A stretch of DNA of 64,000 nucleotides, taken from IMG/VR virus record IMGVR_UViG_3300045988_020586, one strand, 5' to 3'. This stretch comes from a virus. The position numbers and the translations under genes are program-made. Of this stretch, positions 9,815 through 16,834 are shown in pieces; the first letter of the stretch is position 1; each line of letters opens with the position of its first letter. The notes beneath the pieces are model-generated. The model was not told the DNA's origin. It saw only the letters and a program-made list of their open reading frames with translations, and made no database searches.

Positions 9815-10210
9815 TCAACTTGTGTCGAATATAAAGTTCGTTTTTAACCAATCTTGTGGAGGCTTAGTGAGCACTTTAATATGCCCATCTTCACTCAAGT
9901 TAAGCGCAGCGACAGTATCTGCTACAACTGTATCCTTACCTGCTGGTTTTATCTCATTACATGTACCAGCGCCCTCTGAGGGTTCCAAAGCCTGAAGTGA
10001 GCACGTCGGTGCCAGCATGGGAGTTGTAGAAGATTTAACTGTGCTGGCTTCACTTTTATGGTCAACAAAGGCACTGTTGACCATGCTCTTACCAGTAAAA
10101 CCAAGCAAGAGACTCACAAGAATGATCCAGAACAACTTGTTACTCTTGTTGTATCTTGCGAAACCAAGAGCGATAAAGATTGAGAGAATCAATAATAAAA
10201 GTGAAGTCAT
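9815..10210 (-). CDS. hypothetical membrane protein (131 aa, two N-terminal TM segments)
   Basis: ORF track; ATG; TGA; begins 4 nt after the sigma-factor stop. Confidence 0.65.
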   Translation of the reverse strand: MTSLLLLILSIFIALGFARYNKSNKLFWIILVSLLLGFTGKSMVNSAFVDHKSEASTVKSSTTPMLAPTCSLQALEPSEGAGTCNEIKPAGKDTVVADTVAALNLSEDGHIKVLTKPPQDWLKTNFIFDTS

Positions 10211-10214
10211 TTTG

Positions 10215-10772
10215 TTAAACTTTTAAGTTATTTTTAATTTTCCTACGAGTGCGGCTTAATGCTGCTTTTATAGTGCCTGTAGGAGTTTTTAGCACTTTGC
10301 TAATTTCGTCAACTGATAGATCCTCTACGTAAAACAAATTAAAAATCTTTTGTGTCTTTTTAGGGAGCTTTTCAAACTCCTTTAAAAGAAATTCGTGTTC
10401 AAGAAGATTGACAAGATCTTCTTCTTCCGAAGAACTAGTTAATTCTACGGGTAGTCGGCCCATATCTTCTCCTAATTCCATAGATTTCTCCTTTATCTTT
10501 CGTAAATAATCTATAGCCGTTCTATTAGCTATAATTCTCAGCCATCCGCCAAAAGACGAATAATCTGTGAATGTCGAGAGTTTCTGGTGAACCTTAAGAA
10601 ATACAACATTTGTAAGATCTTTAGCTTCATCCATATCATTCACGTAATGAAAGAGTACGTTGTCAACGAACTCCTTATAACGGTTAAACAATTTATTAAA
10701 CGCAAGCTCATTTCCCTTCTGAGCTTCTTTTATGGTCTCAATCTCAGATTGAGTGATACGCTGATACTCCAT
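10215..10772 (-). CDS. ECF-type sigma-70 family sigma factor
   Basis: 185 aa. Region 2-like DLTNVVFLKVHQKL...FGGWLRIIANRTAIDYLRK and region 4-like LSVDEISKVLKTPTGTIKAALSRTRRKIK. Confidence 0.75.
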   Translation of the reverse strand: MEYQRITQSEIETIKEAQKGNELAFNKLFNRYKEFVDNVLFHYVNDMDEAKDLTNVVFLKVHQKLSTFTDYSSFGGWLRIIANRTAIDYLRKIKEKSMELGEDMGRLPVELTSSSEEEDLVNLLEHEFLLKEFEKLPKKTQKIFNLFYVEDLSVDEISKVLKTPTGTIKAALSRTRRKIKNNLKV

Positions 10773-10801
10773 ATTGTGGAGTAGGGGAGATCTCTCTCAC
10801 C

Positions 10802-11218
10802 CTACCCCTGATAAAACGGAAGGTCATATACCATCTTTTGACGGTACAATGACCAAACGTTGTTGACGAAATTGTTGAAAAGAATCAATTTTAAATCCTT
10901 TCCGCCGGTCTTCATTTCTACTTTTTCAAGTAGTCCTGAACCAATACGCATACGAGTTGTAAGTGTTTTGAACTTCATAGAATTGGTTAGGACTATTGTT
11001 TTCATAATCCAATCACCAACTCTACGCAAATGTTCATTACAACAGTATTCGTATATACAATCTTCGTCTAGGCTATCTCCAGCACAGAATACGTGCGCTC
11101 CATCAGTGAAGCCCTTTTTAAGGCGATTGTGGAACCAGTTAATCACATCTTCTACGTTGTCACTTTCATAGCCTAACAGACTAGCTCTGTAAATTAGCAT
11201 TTTAGGGAAATACTCCAT
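10802..11218 (-). CDS. hypothetical protein (138 aa)
   Basis: ORF track; ATG; stop codon is TAG (CTA at 10802-10804). Confidence 0.7.
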   Translation of the reverse strand: MEYFPKMLIYRASLLGYESDNVEDVINWFHNRLKKGFTDGAHVFCAGDSLDEDCIYEYCCNEHLRRVGDWIMKTIVLTNSMKFKTLTTRMRIGSGLLEKVEMKTGGKDLKLILFNNFVNNVWSLYRQKMVYDLPFYQG

Positions 11219-11230
11219 TTTCTATTTTGT

Positions 11231-11752
11231 TTAATTAAATGTTTTCTTAATAAACTTAGAAAAATCTTCAAGATATTCATCTAGAAATCCAGCTTTCTCT
11301 GACAAGAAATTATCAAATAGTGCCATATTACCGCATTTACATGATATTTTGTAATAGTTATCTAGGAATTTATAGTTATTTTGAAACCATACAACCCAAC
11401 TATTAACCCATATCCAAAATGCGTATTCTCCAGCATTGAAAGTCTTGTTAATACATTCTAAGTTTATAGAGTCTGCAAAATTAAAATTTTGAGACCCCTC
11501 GTGGATTCCAAGAGCTTTTCTTATTGACGCATTCTTTTCATCTGTTCTAGGTCTCCCTTTTCCAGTGTTGTAGATTGCTATATTCTCTTGATATACACGG
11601 TCTATCCATCGCGTTTTAACGGCATACTTAATTCTTTCGTGTGGCTTCTTACCAATATTTGATAATCTACCAAACTCTGTACACCATTTAAACGCGAGGT
11701 CGACAACATAAGGACACCTGTCCTTTATCATCGCTTTGTATCCCTTTGTCAT
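11231..11752 (-). CDS. hypothetical protein (173 aa)
   Basis: ORF track; ATG; TAA. Confidence 0.7.
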   Translation of the reverse strand: MTKGYKAMIKDRCPYVVDLAFKWCTEFGRLSNIGKKPHERIKYAVKTRWIDRVYQENIAIYNTGKGRPRTDEKNASIRKALGIHEGSQNFNFADSINLECINKTFNAGEYAFWIWVNSWVVWFQNNYKFLDNYYKISCKCGNMALFDNFLSEKAGFLDEYLEDFSKFIKKTFN

Positions 11753-11761
11753 AACTAATAG

Positions 11762-11820
11762 GAAGAAGCTGGGGAATCGAACCCCAGACCCAAACCAAAA
11801 GGCGACGGTACCAACTTCTT
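11762..11820 (-). other. tRNA-like minihelix (acceptor + T arm only)
   Basis: Reverse strand has acceptor AAGAAGT/GCTTCTT and T arm TGGGG-TTCGATT-CCCCA. Only 27 nt lie between them and no D or anticodon arm can be drawn. Confidence 0.4.
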
Positions 11821-11967
11821 TCTTCTCTCCACTTAGGTAGGAAGCACCTAGACTAAACTTACGCTACGCAAGTATAGTCTACAATGTTATTTACATTGCC
11901 GTTTAATTTATAGTATAGTGCTTAATGTATTTATCTCCTCTGTCTGTCAAAACCAAACACGCCCGTG

Positions 11968-11990
11968 TAGGCAGTTTTACAACATGCCTA
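11968..11990. repeat. Family C conserved-loop hairpin, copy C1
   Basis: TAGGCA-GTTTTACAACA-TGCCTA followed by GGTTG. Confidence 0.55.
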
Positions 11991-12047
11991 GGTTGCCACG
12001 TTTTCGCGAACAAAAATGTGATCTGTCATACATAGACACAAACAGAA

Positions 12048-12070
12048 TAGACAGTTTTACAACATGTCTG
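12048..12070. repeat. Family C conserved-loop hairpin, copy C2
   Basis: TAGACA-GTTTTACAACA-TGTCTG followed by GGTTG. Stem differences from C1 are compensatory (G-C to A-T; T-A to T.G). Confidence 0.55.
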
Positions 12071-12180
12071 GGTTGTTGTTCAGATTGAACACTCTCTGCG
12101 GGAGGGTGTGGACGTGAGGGGAGTCGACAAAATCTTCAAGTTCATTGCAACTATTCCACTCTGCTCCACGTTATATTTAT

Positions 12181-12798
12181 ATGGAACAGATAAAGAAATA
12201 TATGCAAAACAGAAAGTTAATAACTTTCGTTTGTGATTGTTGTGGAAAAGAAGCTCAAAAACCTCTTTCCGAATACAACAGAAACAAGAAACTTGGTAGG
12301 AAGAATTTTTGTAGTAGAAGTTGTGCAATTCGTTATGCTAATAAAAATAAATTACATACATTTACAGATAAATGTAGAGAACATCTTTTAAGTATTTGCA
12401 ACAATCAAATAGACGAATATACCGATTTTAGATATATCCTTAGAAGTGTCTATAAAAGATTTAAAGAAGTAGATATAGATTTAGAGTATCTAAAACAACT
12501 TTGGGAGACACAAAAAGGAATTTGCCCTTATACTGGTATAAAATTAAAGCTTCCAACATATAAAAGCCATAACTTCTATTTTGATTGTGCATCTTTAGAC
12601 AGAATAGATTCTTCTAAAGGCTACGTTAAAGGAAATGTTCAATTCATATCATTACCTATAAATTATATGAAATCTACTAAATCAGATATTGAAATCAGAC
12701 AATTTCTTAAACAAATTTCTTCTTACACTTCACATTTCTGCGAAGATGAGACTATCTCTTCACCTAAAGAGGTGTTGGGCGCTCGAGCTGGTAATTAA
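12181..12798 (+). CDS. HNH-family homing endonuclease-like protein, free-standing and opposite to the surrounding operon
   Basis: First ATG inside track ORF 12145..12798 (which starts at TTG). N-terminal CxxC...C...C zinc-finger-like segment; C-terminal CPYTG...ASLDRIDSSKGYVKGNVQFISLPINYMK. Confidence 0.6.
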   Translation: MEQIKKYMQNRKLITFVCDCCGKEAQKPLSEYNRNKKLGRKNFCSRSCAIRYANKNKLHTFTDKCREHLLSICNNQIDEYTDFRYILRSVYKRFKEVDIDLEYLKQLWETQKGICPYTGIKLKLPTYKSHNFYFDCASLDRIDSSKGYVKGNVQFISLPINYMKSTKSDIEIRQFLKQISSYTSHFCEDETISSPKEVLGARAGN

Positions 12799-12832
12799 GA
12801 AGACTATACTTCTCCAGTAGTCGTTGCACTTT

Positions 12833-12850
12833 CTTGTGGTGTACCACAAG
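12833..12850 (+). terminator. Hairpin downstream of the HNH gene (weak terminator candidate)
   Basis: CTTGTGG-TGTA-CCACAAG, 7 bp, no U-tract. Confidence 0.25.
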
Positions 12851-13136
12851 CTTAGCTCAGGGTTAGCATGAACAATACTAGCTTTGAGCTATTATTGTTT
12901 TTAGCCTTCCTTGAATTCACCCAATATGGGCTCGGTAAGAACCCCTGTCCAAACAGATTATTTCATACACACTGTACATTTGTTTTGTAAATGTCCTGAT
13001 GATCAGTCAGAACATTTGATTTAAACCACTTTAGGTGCGTTCTAAGGCATTTTTGCGACACTTGTGGTTAATTACTCCACTCGGTGACATACTCTGCCTC
13101 AGAATGCATTAGAACATGGTTGAAAATATATAGGAA

Positions 13137-13164
13137 TCCTCATGATACGAAGATACTTAGAGGG
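13137..13164. repeat. Family A conserved-loop hairpin, copy A1
   Basis: Stem TCCTC/GAGGG (one T.G); loop A-TGATACGAAGATACT-TA. Confidence 0.55.
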
Positions 13165-13231
13165 CTATATTCAGCATTTTTGATACATTTTGCAGGGTTC
13201 GATTAACTTTCTCAGAGCAACCAAATCTCCC

Positions 13232-13246
13232 CGATACAAAGATACG
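13232..13246. repeat. Degenerate family A core, copy A2, without a clear stem
   Basis: CGATACAAAGATACG compared with TGATACGAAGATACT. Confidence 0.3.
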
Positions 13247-13304
13247 CACAAAACATATTGTTTGATCTACTGTCCCAATTTATTGTGTGGGTTCACATCT
13301 CTTC

Positions 13305-13337
13305 TTCTCATCGTGATACGAAGATACTTGATGAGAA
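13305..13337. repeat. Family A conserved-loop hairpin, copy A3
   Basis: 8-bp stem TTCTCATC/GATGAGAA; 17-nt loop GTGATACGAAGATACTT. Confidence 0.6.
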
Positions 13338-13406
13338 TGTTAATTCATTCTGAGATTCCTTCACTGTCTCGTCCCTCGGGACCTCCTGTAGTACTTGAGA
13401 ATCTGT

Positions 13407-13431
13407 GTACGTGATACGAAGATACTTGTAC
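13407..13431. repeat. Family A conserved-loop hairpin, copy A4
   Basis: 4-bp stem GTAC/GTAC; identical 17-nt loop GTGATACGAAGATACTT; 12 nt from the stop of CDS 13443..13937. Confidence 0.55.
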
Positions 13432-13442
13432 TAGAAGAAGAA

Positions 13443-13937
13443 TTAGAAGCGATCGAACTGATAGTTGGCATAATACCAGCTGTTTGGATACTTGTCGCGC
13501 AACTCACGGTCGTGCTTCTCGTACTCCTGGTTCAGTTCGGTCATCTGCTTACGCTGATCCTCATCGATCTTCTGAGACAGGTCACGGAACATATTTGGCG
13601 TGATCTTCTGGTCGTCAGGAACGACGGTACCATTCTCGTCCTTGCCCAGAAGACGGGCCAACAGCTCTGTACGCTTCTTCAGAATATCGAGGGTGATCTT
13701 TGCCTTCGCACGGTCCTTACGGACATTGAGAAGCTCCTTAATACGGAGATAGTCAGCACACTTAACGATCTCTTTGACCTGGGAGATCTTACGCTTCTCC
13801 TCATCCTGGCGGATCTCTTCTGCCGCCTTGTCTGCAATGTCGGTTACGAGGTTACCCTTAACCAACTTTTCAACAACGTTGTCTACTGACGCATTCTGCT
13901 GCTCTTTAGCAGCACCTTTTGTTTCTGCTTTTGCCAT
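13443..13937 (-). CDS. hypothetical charged coiled-coil-like protein (164 aa)
   Basis: ORF track; ATG; TAA; biased codons. The equal-length + ORF 13395..13889 is a Leu-rich mirror artefact. Confidence 0.75.
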   Translation of the reverse strand: MAKAETKGAAKEQQNASVDNVVEKLVKGNLVTDIADKAAEEIRQDEEKRKISQVKEIVKCADYLRIKELLNVRKDRAKAKITLDILKKRTELLARLLGKDENGTVVPDDQKITPNMFRDLSQKIDEDQRKQMTELNQEYEKHDRELRDKYPNSWYYANYQFDRF

Positions 13938-13970
13938 TTTGATAATGATTTAAAATGTTTGTAAATAAAA

Positions 13971-14204
13971 TTAATTAACACATGTTACTTCGCCCACACT
14001 CCATGATGGATTCTTAACCAATACTGCACCGTCGCTATTAACGGTGATATCACATGGAGCCTTGTGGGCGTAGTTAGCCAAATGAATGAGTGCGAATCTA
14101 GCTTTTTGAGCTTGACTCTCATCAGGGTATTTGGATTCGAATGCCAATGTCTTGACAATCTTACCCTTTACCTTCTTAGTCGTATACACTGGAATCTTCC
14201 ACAT
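13971..14204 (-). CDS. hypothetical protein (77 aa)
   Basis: ORF track; ATG; TAA. Confidence 0.6.
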   Translation of the reverse strand: MWKIPVYTTKKVKGKIVKTLAFESKYPDESQAQKARFALIHLANYAHKAPCDITVNSDGAVLVKNPSWSVGEVTCVN

Positions 14205-14316
14205 AATCGAGAGGATTTAATTTGTTCTGAAACTTGTCACGCTTATAAGCTTTTGCTTTAGCTTCTGCATGACGTTGACGATACACTTTCTTTGTATTAC
14301 GTTGTGTTCTACACAT
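14176..14316 (-). CDS. possible small basic protein (46 aa)
   Basis: Own translation MCRTQRNTKKVYRQRHAEAKAKAYKRDKFQNKLNPLDYVEDSSVYD. It fills the gap between 14319 and 14204 and overlaps the next start. Below the track's size cut-off. Confidence 0.35.
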   Translation of the reverse strand: MCRTQRNTKKVYRQRHAEAKAKAYKRDKFQNKLNPLDYVEDSSVYD

Positions 14317-14318
14317 AG

Positions 14319-14738
14319 TTACATATTATCTTGAACCATTTTGAATACACAAATAACATCGGTAGAAATACCATAAGAATCACGCATTCTCTTACTTACA
14401 CCACAAGATATAATCTTGATAGCGCTTGTGAGAGACTCGTTGTTAGGCTCGTCATTTACAGCCTCGGACAATGCAAGCAACAACTTCATTTTTGAGTTGA
14501 AGAACTTGCCAAACTTCTCTTTTGCGTAGATGCACGCAGACTCTGCGACAGACAATTCTGTAGCACTCTTGTTTTCTGCGTGGCGGATAACAATGGAACT
14601 GACTTCTCTTTCATCCATTGTAGATACATGCACATCCGTAACATCTGATTTAATAACCTTTAATTGTGAGGCTATCAACGCAACTTCAGATGGGCCCAAA
14701 TCTGAACCTTTGTAAGAGATAACGATGTACTGCTTCAT
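14319..14738 (-). CDS. hypothetical protein (139 aa)
   Basis: ORF track; ATG; TAA. Confidence 0.7.
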   Translation of the reverse strand: MKQYIVISYKGSDLGPSEVALIASQLKVIKSDVTDVHVSTMDEREVSSIVIRHAENKSATELSVAESACIYAKEKFGKFFNSKMKLLLALSEAVNDEPNNESLTSAIKIISCGVSKRMRDSYGISTDVICVFKMVQDNM

Positions 14739-14740
14739 AG

Positions 14741-15232
14741 CTAATCCTCCTTTGGTATTATGTTAGTACTGGAGGACTGCACAATCTGCACATGCTTACC
14801 ATCAATAATGGTATCAATTGTTTCCGTGTTAGGAATGTCTGGCGGAGTCAAGATATTGTATTGGTCTGATTTATCGGGCAAGTTCATATACACATGCTTG
14901 TTAACCTCGAACTCATGGGATATACTTCCCTTAGTTATTGGTTCCCCAGATTTCTCTAGGACCGATACAACGTCACGCATAACCTTTTCAGGTATGCTGA
15001 AGAATACAGAATCCTGATGTCTCCACTGACCTTCCGTCTTCTGATATGTCAATGCATCAGAATAGTCGGCGAATGTAGGATTGTCAATTTCCTGCATCAT
15101 CTTTGATACCATGAGCGAATCATCGTGTCTGATTTCGCTCTTTGTCTGCTTCACATAGTCACATGATGACACTGCGAAAGCTACAATAAGCACGATTAAG
15201 CACATGCTAAGCTTTTCAAATAATCTCTTCAT
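14741..15232 (-). CDS. hypothetical lipoprotein-like protein (163 aa)
   Basis: ORF track; N-terminus ...IVLIVAFAVSSC looks like a lipobox; stop codon is TAG (CTA at 14741-14743). Confidence 0.7.
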   Translation of the reverse strand: MKRLFEKLSMCLIVLIVAFAVSSCDYVKQTKSEIRHDDSLMVSKMMQEIDNPTFADYSDALTYQKTEGQWRHQDSVFFSIPEKVMRDVVSVLEKSGEPITKGSISHEFEVNKHVYMNLPDKSDQYNILTPPDIPNTETIDTIIDGKHVQIVQSSSTNIIPKED

Positions 15233-15303
15233 TTTGATAATTTATTAGAGATTTAACAAATGTTAACTATCCGGGTTTTAAAGATTCACGGAATCATCTA
15301 TTG

Positions 15304-15376
15304 TGATACATATGGGACTCGAACCCATGACCCATAGATTAAAAATCTATTGCTCTACCAACTGAGCTAATGTATC
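15304..15376 (-). tRNA. tRNA-Lys (anticodon TTT)
   Basis: Reverse complement: GATACAT-TA-GCTC AGTTGGTA GAGC-A-ATAGA TTTTTAA TCTAT-GGGTC-ATGGG TTCGAGT CCCAT-ATGTATC-A. Confidence 0.85.
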
Positions 15377-15378
15377 AA

Positions 15379-15467
15379 AAGAAGGAATACACACATACAC
15401 CTAGTATTCGTTTAAGTATGCCCTCCTACAGCGGTTACCAGGAACGCCGCACCACCTCTTCCTTCTT
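15379..15467 (-). ncRNA. Stem-closed ~89-nt element between two tRNAs (not a canonical tRNA)
   Basis: 9-bp terminal helix AAGAAGGAA/TTCCTTCTT with internal helices GCGG/CCGC and CATAC/GTATG. No T loop or anticodon arm. Confidence 0.35.
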
Positions 15468-15468
15468 G

Positions 15469-15542
15469 TGGACCAGCTAGGGTTTGAACCTAGGACCTCC
15501 AGATTATGAGTCTGTTGCTCTAACCGACTGAGCTACAAGTCC
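15469..15542 (-). tRNA. tRNA with anticodon CAT (Met, or Ile2 if lysidine-modified)
   Basis: Reverse complement: GGACTTG-TA-GCTC AGTCGGTTA GAGC-A-ACAGA CTCATAA TCTGG-AGGTC-CTAGG TTCAAAC CCTAG-CTGGTCC-A. One T.T mismatch in the acceptor stem. Confidence 0.8.
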
Positions 15543-15659
15543 AAATGGCAGTTTTTCGTCTTGTTTTTATCCCTTTCTTAGATACTGCCAAACTCTACCC
15601 AGGACGCTATAATGCGTGATTTTATGCAGACTTGAACTGCTATGTAGGCCTTTAACCTA

Positions 15660-15690
15660 ATAAATCTCGGGGACAGTATAAACTGCCCCC
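15660..15690 (-). terminator. Hairpin downstream of CDS 15702..15923
   Basis: Reverse strand GGGGCAGT-TTAT-ACTG(T)CCCC followed by GAGATTTATT. Confidence 0.45.
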
Positions 15691-15701
15691 TTGAAATGCA
15701 A

Positions 15702-15923
15702 CTAAATATATTTTTCCTCCTCCTCTTCTATTATATCATTCCACGTAAAGTAGAATAATAGAAGGCCAAAAATCAAAGCAACTACCAACCATATTATTAT
15801 AAGACCAATAGCAAGTGTACTTATCTCTCGCACATTACCTAATGCCTTTATAAGGCTAAGTAGCGGATAAAATGAAGCTAACATAATCAATAAGCTTCCA
15901 CCTAAATATATTAATCTACTCAT
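15702..15923 (-). CDS. small membrane protein (73 aa)
   Basis: ORF track; hydrophobic segments; stop codon is TAG. Confidence 0.6.
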   Translation of the reverse strand: MSRLIYLGGSLLIMLASFYPLLSLIKALGNVREISTLAIGLIIIWLVVALIFGLLLFYFTWNDIIEEEEEKYI

Positions 15924-16188
15924 GATCTAGTAATTGTTGAGTTCTACTAAAATTGAAGTCGTGCACAAAATAACTCTCTAGACTATTGCTAAGATATTCT
16001 TTTGTAGACCCAACTTCATATTCACTTTGAGACAATATACATACATCATCATTAAGGGCTTCATCAAACTCTAACAACGCGATATTATTATCTCTACATA
16101 CTTTCTTGAGCTTTCTTACGTCGCTATGAAAACGACGCAACTCAAGTTCAGATTCGGACATTTGTCCGTTCTTTCTACGTTTTGCCAT
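15916..16188 (-). CDS. hypothetical protein (90 aa)
   Basis: ORF track; ATG; overlaps the next gene by 8 nt. Confidence 0.6.
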   Translation of the reverse strand: MAKRRKNGQMSESELELRRFHSDVRKLKKVCRDNNIALLEFDEALNDDVCILSQSEYEVGSTKEYLSNSLESYFVHDFNFSRTQQLLDHE

Positions 16189-16190
16189 AA

Positions 16191-16385
16191 TTAAGGACTA
16201 ATAAAAATTATTCCGTCTTCAATGCAAGATGGTGATTCTTTATTATCCAAATTCTTTGAGTCGTTTATTCTTGGACAAGAAAAAGGATTATTAAAGACAC
16301 ATCCATTGCAATTGTATTGACGTTTAGCCCTAACAATAATGCCATTTATTTTGTAGATTCTGCCAGGACTAAGTTTTTTACTCAT
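16191..16385 (-). CDS. small Cys-containing protein (64 aa)
   Basis: ORF track; PGRIYKINGIIVRAKRQ..CNGC resembles PGQLITICKNVFRIVKNK..CYMC in CDS 18370..18618. Confidence 0.55.
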   Translation of the reverse strand: MSKKLSPGRIYKINGIIVRAKRQYNCNGCVFNNPFSCPRINDSKNLDNKESPSCIEDGIIFISP

Positions 16386-16834
16386 AGTTCATCAATCAAT
16401 TGTAGTTTATACATTGGCTTTTTGACTGGAACGATTTGATAATCTTTAATAGTTTCGCCAACTTTTCGTAGTACTCTAGATACTTCTCCAAGATGAAATG
16501 TTCTATGTACAGTTTCTCCATTCTTAGCTAGAATAAAGCATACAAATTTTGTAGGGTTTGCGTATAATTTATCATACACATAGGATACTTCGTGATAGAA
16601 CGAACCAACTCCTTTCATAGCGTCAATTTTATTCATATCACTTTCTCCAACCATAATTTTTGTAGTTTCTAGCTTTTCCAGACTGCTTGACTTATATATA
16701 CAACATTTCCCAGTTGATACATCTCTAACAGCTGTGCATTTACCACCAGCTCCAGTGATTACCACCATCAAACCACCTACCATTGTTCCACTTGGTAGAA
16801 CTCGGCGAACTACATCATTCTTCTGAAATTTCAT
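16382..16834 (-). CDS. hypothetical protein (150 aa)
   Basis: ORF track; ATGA start/stop overlaps on both sides. Confidence 0.7.
   Translation of the reverse strand: MKFQKNDVVRRVLPSGTMVGGLMVVITGAGGKCTAVRDVSTGKCCIYKSSSLEKLETTKIMVGESDMNKIDAMKGVGSFYHEVSYVYDKLYANPTKFVCFILAKNGETVHRTFHLGEVSRVLRKVGETIKDYQIVPVKKPMYKLQLIDEL

Noticed and set aside
12145-12180. TTG-initiated extension of the HNH ORF
   Set aside because: An ATG at 12181 (MEQIKKY..) is available, and the upstream 12 codons look non-coding.
12990-13015. CTGATGA box reminiscent of a hammerhead ribozyme core
   Set aside because: No stem II hairpin followed by GAAA, and no stem I/III arrangement, could be drawn. It is most likely a chance heptamer inside an AAATGT/ACATTT hairpin.
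13035-13055. GGTGC-GTTCTAA-GCATT, which resembles an anticodon arm
   Set aside because: The centred anticodon would be TCT, not CTA. The stem needs two G.T pairs, and there is no T arm or acceptor nearby.
13137-13431. Possible CRISPR-like array (repeats with ~60-70-nt spacers)
   Set aside because: Only the loop is conserved, not the whole repeat. One copy is degenerate, spacing is irregular, there are only four units, and no cas genes are present. It is reported as hairpin family A instead.
13395-13889. Forward 164-aa ORF of the same length as reverse ORF 13443..13937
   Set aside because: The forward translation is a Leu/Val-rich mirror artefact. The reverse one is a charged, helical, protein-like sequence with the conserved TTATCAAAATG leader.
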